Below are positions 20,232 through 30,499 of a DNA stretch of 64,000 nucleotides, piece by piece. Source of the stretch: Chloropicon primus (lineage: Eukaryota); NCBI GenBank assembly GCA_023205875.1, contig CP060767.1, forward strand, positions 1 to 64,000, given 5' to 3'. The notes under the pieces are model-generated. The model was not told the origin of the DNA and did no database searches. It saw nothing but the letters and a program-made list of their open reading frames with translations. Both the position numbers and the translations under genes were made by a program. Position 1 is the first letter of the stretch, and every line of letters begins with the position of its first letter.

Positions 20232-20326
20232 AACCTTGTCACCTTGCCATGGATTGGGTCATAGATATAGATAGAATATAAGATCAGAATAAGAATAAGA
20301 ATAATAAGAATAAGATATTCTCCGTA

Positions 20327-23300
20327 TTAGATCTGGTTCATCGCCGCGCAGGACTTGACCTTCCGTCTCATAGGAGGAGCGATGGAGTAAAAGTCATCCG
20401 TCAGGGGAAGGTGAGAGGGGTCGTCCGCGGCGCCTGTTCCATCGCCGAGGCCGTCGCCACCAGAGCTGGGCTTCTTGGGCTCGATCCTGGCGGCCGCGTC
20501 CCCAGGGCTGGCTCCACTGCCGCTGCCTCCACCGCCGCTGCCACCGACACTGCCGAGGGCGAGGTTCCTCTCCGCGAGGGCAGACTGGATCCTGCTCACG
20601 CTGGACTCGCTCCTCTTGTGCGTGGGCCTTATGGAACTCACGAAATCTTGGCTGTGGACCTTGGAAATGCTCCTCGTCCGCAGCTTCATCGTGGAGGAGG
20701 CGTCGCCCTCGGCGTGTTGGTTGGCGGTCCATTCGGCAACCTTGGTCCACCCGTAACGGTAAGAATTACGGACGATTCTGTCCATGAGGTGGTAGTCCAT
20801 CAGCCTGTAGAACTGGACGCCCGTGGGCTGCATGTAGAGGTCCACGTGAAAGTCCCTCATCGTTGCGCGGATCTGCTGCTTGTGGCTCAAGAACAGCAGG
20901 GAGTTGATCATTTCCCCGTAACGAGGGTACCGGAAGGGCTTTCTGCTCACGAGGGCCCTGATGGATTCCCAGAGCAGGAAAAAGCCGCTGAGACCCTCCT
21001 TGTAGGGCTTGAGATCTTTCCAGGTGCAGAAGTCCTTGTCCTCCACGTCCACCACGATCAGGGTGTCCACGCCCATTTGGGTTCTCATGACGTCCACGGG
21101 AATGTTGTTGAGGTAGCCACCATCCACCAGGAGGTCGTTGTTGTAGAAGACCGGCGGCAGGAGGCCAACGACGGTCATGCTGGCCCTCACCAGCGTGGCG
21201 AGGGGCCCCCACTCGTGCACGCCTGGTTCCCCCTTGGACAAATTGGTCGAAACGCAGAAGAATCGCAGCCACAAGTCCTCGATGTGCTCTGGGCCGTACT
21301 TGAGGCAGTCTGCAACCAAAGCTGAAAAACCGGTTCCAGCAAAGAGGGAGAGGATGGGCAGGGTGAGATCCTTCATGACGCTTCTGAAGGAGCCCAAGCC
21401 AGAGGCATAGTCCTGGACGCAGTTGAACATCCTGTCCCAGGGCAGCCTCTGCGCGAAGAGGGCAGCCATAAAGGCGCCCTGGCTCGTGCCGCCAACAATG
21501 TCGATGGGGACCCCCGCGTCATCGAGGGCCCTCAGGACCCCGAGGTGGGCGAGGCCCCTTGACCCACCGCCACTCAGGACCAGGCCAACCGCCTTGCCGC
21601 TCAGCCACCGCGCTAGCCTCTCCATGTCCTTCACGTCATTGTCCACCATGTGGTGGTGCCTCTCCAGCCCCCAAGGCTTCCTCTCCGCCAGCCACCTCTT
21701 GGTCCCCGTGGGCGGCTTCCTGGCCTGGTGCAGGAGCAAAAGCTCCACCCTAAAGGATTGAGCCTGCAAAGCCACGTCAGTCAGGGTGGACTTTGTCTTG
21801 TTCACGTGGCGCCAGACGAGGTTGTGCTCGAACGAGCTGATCCTTGGGTCCCCTGCCGCCGAGGATACGAGGAGGACGCAATCAGCCTGAGCCACGCAAA
21901 TTTTCGACCACTCCGTGAGCTCCGAGTCAGCCTGAAGGATGATGTACGTGTAGTCCTCTTCCTGGGCAGCCATCCAAGCCGTGAGCTTGCTGCGGTAGAA
22001 TCTGTTTCTGAGCCTCTCAGCCACCAGGGGGAAGGCCATGCCCACCTTTCCCCCCGACAGGAGGAGCGTGGGTCCGAGATTTCCCAGGGCGACCTTGAGA
22101 TGCATTGCGGTGGCCTCGCAAAGCTTGTCTTGACCCGCAAGGGGGATGAGTGCGACGGTGGCCACCCTCTTCTTCTGCCCCGAGGCTGAGTTGCCTCCGT
22201 GAACCTGAAAGCTGTTGACGCCCTTGAGGGACTTGCTCACGGTGTTCCTGGACCGCGTGCCGGCCATCCTCTGGGCCATCCCCTCCAGCAGCCGCATGGC
22301 TACGCCGGGATACTTTGTCGAGATGCACTGGAAAGCTCCTGTCGACATCCTCACGAGCTCAGAGTCCCTTGTGCACATGGCAGTCTTCTTGTGCTTCCCC
22401 TCCATGAAGGACCACACCGCCCCAATGGCTTCGCCTCTTCCCGCGACCTCCTCCGTCTGCACCTTGCCGGTGTTCTCGTCCTGGTGCGCCAGAATCATTC
22501 TGCCGCTGATTGTGAAGTAAATGCAAGAGGAGGCGTCGCCCTGCCTGAAGGGGATGTCGTGGGCGTGGAGCCAAACCCTGTTCAAGCCGAGGCTGATGAA
22601 CTTTCGGATCATGGGGCCCATGGCCTTTGCCGCCGTCACCAGCAGCGAAATGAAAGCCTTGGTGGAAGTGATACGGAGCTTCTCCAGTTCCACCACGCCA
22701 ACAGCGACCAGCTCGGAGAACTCCAGGGCCCTCACCGACTGCCTTCTCACGGTGCTCGTGAAGTACGCCGTCGACCCGATGATGCAGTGGGGGGAAACGA
22801 TGTCAGCCGTGCAGTGCCTTGGCTCCTGGTCCATCTCAGGGTTCCAGTCCCCTTGGGAAGCAGCCATGTTCTTCTCGATGAGCATCTTTCCCCTGAGCAG
22901 GATGTAGAAGGCGTCCGCAGGCGTGCCCTCCTCGTACAGGCTCACTCCCGTGGGCAGGCACACGTGCTGCCCCACCTGATTCTCCAGCAGGAGGCTCAAG
23001 AGCTCCCCGTCCAGCAGGCCCACTTCGTCTGAGGGCACGGTGTCAAACATCTCGTTCTTCCTCCTGGACTGGGGGATGCGGAGGGTGTCGTTCAGAACAA
23101 AGTGGGCGACCCTCCACAGCCTCGCTATGGCTTGCTGCAGGTACACCTGGAGAGCCCTGGGCTTCTCCAGCACAAAGTCCATGAAGAGCTTCCTTGAGAT
23201 CTCCACGAGGACCGCGCCTTCCTCCAGGGCCACGCACGTCACGCTCCTCGTGTGGCCATCCACCAGATCCAAGTCGCCCACGCTCTCGCCCTCCTGCAGG

Positions 23301-24565
23301 GTGTTGGTGTGCATGGGCTTCAAGTTGTCCACGTCGAGTCCAGAGTCGTCGTGGTGGACCCCCGAGCCGTCCGTCTGGAACACCCCGAGGGCACCCTCCA
23401 CCACGATGTACGTCCCGCCGTCCGAGGGGTCCCCCGAGTGAAACAGGGTCTCCTCCGGGGCGAGCCTGATGATCCTGGCACTCTCGAACAGCTCCCTGCT
23501 CTCCTCCAAGTCCAAGCAAGCCAGAAGCTTCGTGCTGGAGAAAAAGTGAGGCAAGTTCTCGTTGTTCTCGTTGGTGCTGCTGGTGGTGTGCGTGCTGCTG
23601 TCCAGGCTCCCGCTCAGGTGGGTCGACCTCTCGGCCAGCTCGTGGGCCATGACGGACTCCGAGCCGCTGTGGCTGTGGCCGGACAGTTCCCCCAAGCCGC
23701 TCGCGTGGGCATGAGGCGCCAAGTCGCCACCCAGCTTGGCGACCGAGTTGTTGCTGTTGCTGTTGCTCGAGTGCCCGGAGGAGAGGTGCACCCTCTTTGG
23801 CCTCTCCTCGTTGAAGGTGTAGTTCACCTGGGGGTCCGCGTCCTCCCCGTCCAGGTCGCTGTGGAACATCACCCTCTGGTCCCCCCCTCCTCGCCGCTCC
23901 TCCCCAAAGTCCCCGACGATGTCGCCGAGGGACTTGCGCCTGTGCTCCGCGAGCGACCTCCTCTGCCTTCCCGCCCCGGGGAGGCTCCACTTCATCTCCT
24001 GGTCCGGGGGCTCGTCGCCGTCCGGGGTGAAGAGTGGGACGTCGCTCATGTTCGCCAGCACTTTCTCCAACCTCCTGGAGACCGCCCTGAGGGAGAAGGA
24101 CACGCACCCCGTCGCCTTCTCCGCGGCGTAGAGGCAGGTCGCCACCCCGCAGCAGTACGCCACCGGGGTCAGGAACCCGTACGTCTTCCTCCACGTCTCC
24201 CAATGCTTGGCCCCGAACGCGTTACTGACCTGGTGGTTGAGCACCTCCTTCCTCGCCTTGCTGCTCCCGCTCGCCGCCGTCCCGTACACCTGGTCCGATA
24301 TCGTCTCCCACACCGTTCTCGTGGCGGAGCTCCCTCCCCCTCCACCCAGCAAGCTTTGCGACGCGGAGTGGGTCTTGGTTTTGCTCAACCCCATCCTGGT
24401 GTTTGCTGGGTTTTTCGAGTGGGTCTTGTTTGTTTTTTGTTTCCTCCCTTTCCCCCCGAGCAAAGCCGAGGCCACCTTGTTCGTTTTGCGTTTGGTTTTG
24501 GATTTGTTCTTCTCCAGCGCCTTTTTCGTGGCCACCTCCAGGGCCTCCATCAAGTCCTGCACCAT
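20327..24565 (-). CDS. NTE1: NTE1/PNPLA6-7-like lysophospholipase (three cNMP-binding domains plus patatin domain)
   Basis: Three cNMP-like repeats (e.g. LFHSGD...YIVVEG, GESVGDL...RSVT); patatin motifs LSGGGSRG, GTSQG, LVDGGYLNNIP; start codon uncertain. Confidence 0.9.
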   Translation of the reverse strand: MVQDLMEALEVATKKALEKNKSKTKRKTNKVASALLGGKGRKQKTNKTHSKNPANTRMGLSKTKTHSASQSLLGGGGGSSATRTVWETISDQVYGTAASGSSKARKEVLNHQVSNAFGAKHWETWRKTYGFLTPVAYCCGVATCLYAAEKATGCVSFSLRAVSRRLEKVLANMSDVPLFTPDGDEPPDQEMKWSLPGAGRQRRSLAEHRRKSLGDIVGDFGEERRGGGDQRVMFHSDLDGEDADPQVNYTFNEERPKRVHLSSGHSSNSNSNNSVAKLGGDLAPHAHASGLGELSGHSHSGSESVMAHELAERSTHLSGSLDSSTHTTSSTNENNENLPHFFSSTKLLACLDLEESRELFESARIIRLAPEETLFHSGDPSDGGTYIVVEGALGVFQTDGSGVHHDDSGLDVDNLKPMHTNTLQEGESVGDLDLVDGHTRSVTCVALEEGAVLVEISRKLFMDFVLEKPRALQVYLQQAIARLWRVAHFVLNDTLRIPQSRRKNEMFDTVPSDEVGLLDGELLSLLLENQVGQHVCLPTGVSLYEEGTPADAFYILLRGKMLIEKNMAASQGDWNPEMDQEPRHCTADIVSPHCIIGSTAYFTSTVRRQSVRALEFSELVAVGVVELEKLRITSTKAFISLLVTAAKAMGPMIRKFISLGLNRVWLHAHDIPFRQGDASSCIYFTISGRMILAHQDENTGKVQTEEVAGRGEAIGAVWSFMEGKHKKTAMCTRDSELVRMSTGAFQCISTKYPGVAMRLLEGMAQRMAGTRSRNTVSKSLKGVNSFQVHGGNSASGQKKRVATVALIPLAGQDKLCEATAMHLKVALGNLGPTLLLSGGKVGMAFPLVAERLRNRFYRSKLTAWMAAQEEDYTYIILQADSELTEWSKICVAQADCVLLVSSAAGDPRISSFEHNLVWRHVNKTKSTLTDVALQAQSFRVELLLLHQARKPPTGTKRWLAERKPWGLERHHHMVDNDVKDMERLARWLSGKAVGLVLSGGGSRGLAHLGVLRALDDAGVPIDIVGGTSQGAFMAALFAQRLPWDRMFNCVQDYASGLGSFRSVMKDLTLPILSLFAGTGFSALVADCLKYGPEHIEDLWLRFFCVSTNLSKGEPGVHEWGPLATLVRASMTVVGLLPPVFYNNDLLVDGGYLNNIPVDVMRTQMGVDTLIVVDVEDKDFCTWKDLKPYKEGLSGFFLLWESIRALVSRKPFRYPRYGEMINSLLFLSHKQQIRATMRDFHVDLYMQPTGVQFYRLMDYHLMDRIVRNSYRYGWTKVAEWTANQHAEGDASSTMKLRTRSISKVHSQDFVSSIRPTHKRSESSVSRIQSALAERNLALGSVGGSGGGGSGSGASPGDAAARIEPKKPSSGGDGLGDGTGAADDPSHLPLTDDFYSIAPPMRRKVKSCAAMNQI

Positions 24566-24802
24566 CGCGTCCTATCCAAATTCTTCGTATTCGTATTCGG
24601 TATTCCCCACCGGAACAAGAAGAACCAGAACAAGAAGAAGAAGAAGAAGGTGGATCCCAAGTCGTCGTCCCTCCCTCCCTCCCTCCCTCCCTCCTGGTTG
24701 TGTATGTTGTGTCTCCTCCTCGTCCTCCTCCTAGTTCGGTTCGTTTGTTTGCCTCCGCCTCGTGGTTCTCTGCTGACCTGGAGATAAGAACGAACCCAAA
24801 AA

Positions 24803-24860
24803 TAGGGTTTGAGGAAAATAGGGTTTGGGGGTTTTAGGGTTTTGGGGGTTTTAGGGTTTC
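24803..24860. promoter_or_regulatory. Telo-box-like / G-quadruplex-forming cluster in divergent promoter
   Basis: TAGGGTTT x4 and five G-runs (GGG TTT GGGGG TTTTA GGG TTTT GGGGG TTTTA GGG) between the NTE1 and aspartic protease starts. Confidence 0.5.
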
Positions 24861-24900
24861 GCACCACAGCTCAACGGGAGCCTCCCCCTGTAACGGACAC

Positions 24901-25032
24901 AACGACGACCACGACGACGAGGAGGACGAGGACGAGGAGGAACACGACGACGACGACGACGACGACGAGGACGAGGAGGAACACGACGACGACGACGAGG
25001 ACGAGGAACACGAACACCACGAGGAGGAGGAG
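24901..25032. repeat. Compound (ACG)n/(AGG)n low-complexity repeat
   Basis: Repeated ACGACG...AGGAGGAAC blocks. Confidence 0.8.
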
Positions 25033-25224
25033 GGGTTTGGGCGGAAGGGTTTTTTTGCGTTGACGGTTGGAGGAAGGGAGGGAGGGAGGGGGTCTGCAGG
25101 ATTGGGGAGGCGTTTCGGTTTCGTTGGGGAGGAAGGAAACAAAACCAAAACACACACACATCACGAGAGACAGACGGACGGACGGACGGACAGACGGACA
25201 GACGGATAGGCAGAGAGGACGAGG

Positions 25225-26832
25225 ATGATGATGGCGCCCTCTTCTTCGACGTGGTCCTCCTCCTCCGCGGTTGTGTCTCGGAGGACTGCCGTCCTTTCTC
25301 TCTCGCTGGTCGCCGTCGTCGTCCTCCTCCTCGCGAGCGTTCTTCCGGCTCGCGCCACGAAGATACCGCTCAAGCTCGTGGGCGCCGGCGAGTTGGGGCA
25401 GGGGGCGCTCTCCGCGGTGGTGGACAGGCCGCACCGAGCGCAGGAGAGGGGCAGGGTCCTGAGGGGCCAGGGGGGGTTCCACCACAGGAGCAGGAGCGGG
25501 GGATCGACGACCCTTTACACCATCGCAGACATCGCCAAGGACGCCGTCGGTTCCCTGGCGGCGGCAAGCGAGGGACAGAAAGCGGACGCCGTCAAGGCAC
25601 CACCGCCTCCGCGTCCGGCCTCGAGGCTTGTGGGGTCGGTGGAGTCGACGGGGTACTACGCGATGGAGCTCCCCCTGGGGACGCCCCCGCAGACATTTCA
25701 CGTCATCGTCGACACCGGGTCCACGATCGCTTATGTCCCTTGCTCGTTCTGCGGGGACAAGTGCGGCCTCCACGCCAGCGCTCCCTTTGCGCCCCAGGCC
25801 TCCTCGACCGCGTCCTTCATCAACTGCATGAGCGCGACCTGCGCGACGTTTTGCGGGTCCAGGAGGTGCAACTGCAGGTCGAGCTTTGAGTTCCTCCGAG
25901 ACATCTCACTGCCTATGATGTCGGTGTGCTCGTACGCCAGGAGGTACCAGGAGCAGAGCTCCAGCACGGGGCTCCTGCTGACGGACGTGCTGCGCCTTGG
26001 GCCGGGCGTGGGGGACCACAGGTTCGGGTTCGGGTGCGAAACGGAGGAGACGGGGATGATCTTCAACCAGAGGGCCGACGGCGTCATTGGCTTCGGGAAC
26101 AACCCTTCCTCCATCATCAATCAGCTCGTTGCGCAGGGGGCCATGGAGAACACGTTCTCCATCTGCATGGGCGGCTTCCGGGGTGGCGGGGCCCTGTTCC
26201 TCGGGGACGAGAGCCTCCCCCCGACGAGCGGCGACCAGCGCATGCGTTACGCGCAAGTCCACACGAGGAGGGAAAACCCCGAGTTTTACGCCGTCAGTGT
26301 CCGAGGGATGAAGCTCGGGAGCAGCAAGGTCAATGTGCCGTCGCGGGTGTACGACCACGGTTACGGCGCGGTCGTGGACACCGGGACCACTTTCTTGTAC
26401 CTCCCGGATGCGGCATACAAGTCCTTCGAGCAACTTCTTCTGGCAAGCATGGACAAGCACTGGGACAAAATCAGGAGAACCAGGAGTCCGGACTCCAGGT
26501 ACCCCAACGACCTGTGTTACGGGCCCCTTCACCACAAGACGAGCGGAGAAGGCGAGCGGGACGATCTCCTGGACATCTTCCCGGACTTGACCATCGACAT
26601 GGCGGCCTCCGACCCTGCGGTGGAGAAAATCACACTCACTTTCCCCCCGGAGAACTATCTCTTCAAGATGAGCGGAGGGGCTCACGGTTACTGTGTTGGC
26701 GTGTACAACAATAGAGACGACGGCGTGCTGCTTGGCGCGGTGCTGATGAAGAACTACTTGGTTAACTTCGACTTGAGAAACAACAGAATTGGCTTTGCCC
26801 CGCACGACTGCGACGCTCTCAACAAGGAGTAG
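25225..26832 (+). CDS. A1 aspartic protease (atypical plant / plasmepsin V-like)
   Basis: Signal anchor; GYY..L.LGTPPQTF.VIVDTGS, Cys-rich nepenthesin-type insert, second catalytic motif VVDTGTT, LLGAV. Confidence 0.93.
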   Translation: MMMAPSSSTWSSSSAVVSRRTAVLSLSLVAVVVLLLASVLPARATKIPLKLVGAGELGQGALSAVVDRPHRAQERGRVLRGQGGFHHRSRSGGSTTLYTIADIAKDAVGSLAAASEGQKADAVKAPPPPRPASRLVGSVESTGYYAMELPLGTPPQTFHVIVDTGSTIAYVPCSFCGDKCGLHASAPFAPQASSTASFINCMSATCATFCGSRRCNCRSSFEFLRDISLPMMSVCSYARRYQEQSSSTGLLLTDVLRLGPGVGDHRFGFGCETEETGMIFNQRADGVIGFGNNPSSIINQLVAQGAMENTFSICMGGFRGGGALFLGDESLPPTSGDQRMRYAQVHTRRENPEFYAVSVRGMKLGSSKVNVPSRVYDHGYGAVVDTGTTFLYLPDAAYKSFEQLLLASMDKHWDKIRRTRSPDSRYPNDLCYGPLHHKTSGEGERDDLLDIFPDLTIDMAASDPAVEKITLTFPPENYLFKMSGGAHGYCVGVYNNRDDGVLLGAVLMKNYLVNFDLRNNRIGFAPHDCDALNKE

Positions 26833-27207
26833 TTGCGCACGCCGCACATAAAATAAAGAATAAGTAAAGCATGGCAAGGCACACAAAGGGTCTTGTTCGT
26901 TGTAAAGGAGACGCACAACATGCGTTGCGTTGTAAGAACTCTCAGGATTGGTTTCCACCACCAACGTTCGTTCCTCCTCGGACATCGCGATCCCAGGAGT
27001 TGTGAGTCGTTTCCCGTCTCCCCCCCTCTCACCTCTTGGCCAAAACCCAGGCAGGCAAGGAAGGCCTCAGCAACCAAGAGCAACCACAAAGGGGGCACGA
27101 GTCGTGCAGGAGGAGAGTCCATCCATTGCATTGGGGTCCGAGAGGTGCAGGCCTGTGCTCATCATCTTGTCTAGAATACTTTAGTCGACTCAAAGGCATC
27201 GGCAAAG

Positions 27208-28441
27208 ATGAATCTTGGAACTGGCTCGAGCCTTGAAGATGACTTTGGTCGAATAGGTTTCGTTCAAGGTAGGTCGCGTTGAACGATATGGTTGCCGTCC
27301 TCCGGTCTGGGTCCAAGCTAACCGATCCCTCCGTTCCCTCCTTGCAGACGAGCTGATGAACCGGGCCCAGAACCGGAAGGACTTGACACAAGCAGCGTTT
27401 AAGAAGGTGAACAGTGAGCTGAAGCGCTTGAGGAGTCAGTTCTCCAAGACGAAGCGAGAGAATGAGATCCTCCAGCAGGTGAAGGACTCCCTGAGCAGGA
27501 GGCTCCAGGCAGAGGAGCAGCGGAATCTGCAGCTGACCAAGGAAAGCCAAAGGATTCGGAAGGAGTCCACGAGCACGAGCAGGTATGATTCAGAGATAAG
27601 GGAGCTGAGAACAAAGCTCGCGATAGCTGAAGCGGAGAGGGAGGCAGCCCAGTCCCTCGCAAACGTCAGGGTGAGGCACGAGAAGATGTTCTTCCTGACC
27701 GAGGAGGAGACCAGGGAGCTGTGCTTCCGCTGGGTCCTCCTGTACTGGTACTGGTCCGTGGCGGAGAAGCTTGGACTATTCCCCCAAGTGGCTTCCGCCA
27801 ACGCTGCTCATTGGGGGAACATCCTCAAGACCTTTCCTTGGGTCGGCTCCGATGGCACTGGCGTGTCCGTGAGCGATGTGGCACTCCTGCTGCGGTATCC
27901 GAGGGAGGGAGAAGCCGCGGCCAAGGGAAGGGGGTCCAGCAAGGTCGACGGCAAAGCGGAAGAGGAGGCTGGGGTGGCGGACAGGAGATACACGCTTCAC
28001 GATCTCATCAATGCAGAGACCAGCTTGAGGTCCCTGTACGAAATGGAGCTAGACAACAGGGTGCACGCCCAGCTCGTGGAGAGGACGAGGGCTCAGATTC
28101 TTCCCGTGATACGCGACCTCGGCAATCCATTCTCTTCCGTGTCCTTGGACGATCTCTTGCTCGACTCCAGCTTGGACACCAACTTGACCTTCACGCACGA
28201 CTACATCATCTGGATCCAACTGAACCGGTTGTGGCTGGGGTACGTTTGGGGCAAAGCCTGCAAGAAGCACATCGAGCCACACCTCGCGGAAGCGAGGAGA
28301 GACTTGTGGTGGGACCGGGCCCAGGGGGAGTTGACGTGCAGGGACGTCATCGACGTGCAGCAGGCCGTGAAGGAGCTCCACGCCTTGCAGATCGAAAGCC
28401 AGCTGTGGGTCTCACGGTCAAAAGCTTCCATGGAACCATGA
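27208..28441 (+). CDS. SCD2: SCD2-like coiled-coil protein; probable exons 27208-27268 and 27348-28441
   Basis: Coiled coil followed by two SCD2-like repeats (LTEEE..EL...W.L.YW..A..LG; WL.Y.W.KA...IE...AE.R..W...DVIDVQQAVKELH.LQIESQLW); intron 27269-27347 with GCTAAC; true start may lie further upstream. Confidence 0.7.
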
Positions 28442-28492
28442 AACAATGGTTGGGTGTATTGAAGAACAGGTTTATCAAAGTAATGAATTGTT

Positions 28493-30499
28493 TTACATAT
28501 CGTACACTGCGTGCATCCACTTGGGGTGCGACTTTAACGATCCCGGGTGCTGCCACTTTTGGGGGACGTCCTCTGGCCTGGCGCAGGGCTTGTTCATGAA
28601 GTAGTTGAGGAGCCCGTTCGGGCAGCGGCTGCTTGAAGGCCCCCCGGGGCATTGGGAAGCCCGGGGACACTTGAAGTAGCAAGTGTAGTTGTGCTTGAGA
28701 TGGCAGAACCCAGGGATGCTGAGGGGGGTCGGGTGGTTTGTCCCGCAGCCGCAAGTGCTGCCGGGCGGGCAGGTCGTGCAGGGGATCTGAGTCTTCGCCT
28801 CGCAGCCAGGAACGCACGGCTGGCTTATGTTGAGCAGCCCCGACCTCGCAATGTGCATCAAGTTTGCATGCTCCGCGTCGTAGTCGTGAATCTTCTCCTT
28901 CCCTTCCACCGGGACCTCGTTGTTGAAGTAGTGGTGAGCAATGGCATGCCCCGCTTGCCAATGGAAGCCGTACATGTTCACCTCCCGGCACAGCTGAATC
29001 GCGAAGAGCACCGCAAAGTAACCCCCCGTGGGCAACACGGGAATGTTGGAGGACACGTACGACGTGAAGTCCGTGTCAAAGGCGTACAGCCTGCTGTGCG
29101 GGTACCTCTTCCTGTAAATCAGGTAGCGAAACAGGCCGTTCTTGCTTTGCATCTGCTGCAGCCGTATCTCCTTCCCCTCAAAGAAACGGATGTGTTGCGT
29201 GTTGATGAATCGGAACGTCGTCTTTCTGCCGACGTGCTCCACGTAGGATATGGGGTCCGTGGTCACCACCCTCACCGTGTTCCCCCCCCTGCTTCTCACC
29301 CTCCTCTTCCTGGGCTTGATGTACGTCGGAGCCGAGTTGAACCGAATCACCGCGTTGTGGGCGTCGATCTCCTCGCCGCCTTGGTAGAGCTTGCTCAGGC
29401 CACTGCTGCCCACAATGGCGCACCTCTCGAAAACGGTGGAGTTCAGGAAGTCAAGCTCGGGCATGGACTTGAGGAGAAGAGGGGTGATCACGCTCTTCCT
29501 CTGGTTCTCGATCTTCTTGGCCCTCCCGTGCCTGAAGTTGCGGTTGTACTTTTCTCTGTCCTCCTCGATGAGGGGCGCAAAGAGGGTGTGGGTCTGCCCC
29601 CTCCGGAAGTGACCAGCCTTGGGGTTCGTCTTGATTTGGATCCCCTTGTTCTGCTTCACGTGCCTCTGGTTCAGCACAAAGTTTCCCTCGAACTTGGCCG
29701 TCAGGCCAGCTGGCAGCTCCTTGGGGTCCTTGCACTCCTCGCCCTCAAACGCAGCGACGCAGTAGCACCTCCCCTCGCGGCAGTACCCGTGGGGCCGGCA
29801 GTTCAGCCTCACCCCGCAAGACCCGTCGTCCTTCACTCCCTTGATCACATCGCTCAGGTCCAAGCTCGTTCCCTCCGATCCAGGCGACCCCCCACCTTCT
29901 TGTCCAATCCCCTCCTCCTCCTCCTCGCCGTTCTCGCTCTCCCCGGTCTCTATGTCGTCCAGCCGCACCTCGTCCTCGTCGTCCACAGTGGACGCCTCCG
30001 CTTCCTTCGAGGCTCTTCCCCCTCCTTGCTGGAGCTGGCCGCCCGTCTCGACCACATCCTCCTCGCTTCCCTCGAACTCGATCTCCACCGAAGGTATCCG
30101 GTGCTTCACGTTCTCCGCGTAGCTCGTTATCGCTTGCTGGGCCTGGTCACGCCAAGCGCTGATGGTTTTGGCCTTGCCCTGCTCCTGTTCCAGGAAGCTC
30201 GAGTGGCCTCCGTGCGAGGTTATGATGCTCAGGCAACCGAACAGGGCCATCGCGAAGGCGAACAAGGGAAGAAAAAGCCGTCGCCTTCCAGACAAGAGTC
30301 CCCCCCTACCAGACTTCTTACTCTGGTTCTTCGAAGGAGGCACCCGAAGGGGGGGTGGACTCACGTTGTCCAGCGCCAAGTCCGCGTCTTGCCTCAACTG
30401 GTTCAAGCGTGCTATGGCGGAGTGTCCATTGAAAGGGCTCCCGTGCCCCCCCCGGTACTCCGGACCCTTCGACCCCGTACCTCCACTGTGAGGTACCAT
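28493..30499 (-). CDS. GT29 sialyltransferase-like type II membrane protein with EGF-like and Cys-rich domains
   Basis: TM anchor LFLPLFAFAMALFGCLSII; sialylmotif L CAIVGSSG...IDAHNAVIRFNSAP...VGRKT, S PTGG.FAV..A..LC.EV..YGF, III HYF, VS HDYDAE. Confidence 0.88.
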   Translation of the reverse strand: MVPHSGGTGSKGPEYRGGHGSPFNGHSAIARLNQLRQDADLALDNVSPPPLRVPPSKNQSKKSGRGGLLSGRRRLFLPLFAFAMALFGCLSIITSHGGHSSFLEQEQGKAKTISAWRDQAQQAITSYAENVKHRIPSVEIEFEGSEEDVVETGGQLQQGGGRASKEAEASTVDDEDEVRLDDIETGESENGEEEEEGIGQEGGGSPGSEGTSLDLSDVIKGVKDDGSCGVRLNCRPHGYCREGRCYCVAAFEGEECKDPKELPAGLTAKFEGNFVLNQRHVKQNKGIQIKTNPKAGHFRRGQTHTLFAPLIEEDREKYNRNFRHGRAKKIENQRKSVITPLLLKSMPELDFLNSTVFERCAIVGSSGLSKLYQGGEEIDAHNAVIRFNSAPTYIKPRKRRVRSRGGNTVRVVTTDPISYVEHVGRKTTFRFINTQHIRFFEGKEIRLQQMQSKNGLFRYLIYRKRYPHSRLYAFDTDFTSYVSSNIPVLPTGGYFAVLFAIQLCREVNMYGFHWQAGHAIAHHYFNNEVPVEGKEKIHDYDAEHANLMHIARSGLLNISQPCVPGCEAKTQIPCTTCPPGSTCGCGTNHPTPLSIPGFCHLKHNYTCYFKCPRASQCPGGPSSSRCPNGLLNYFMNKPCARPEDVPQKWQHPGSLKSHPKWMHAVYDM

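Noticed and set aside
27145..27174. Extra 30-nt intron extending the SCD2-like gene upstream
   Set aside because: Much shorter than other introns here (79-362 nt), with a weak donor; unsupported.
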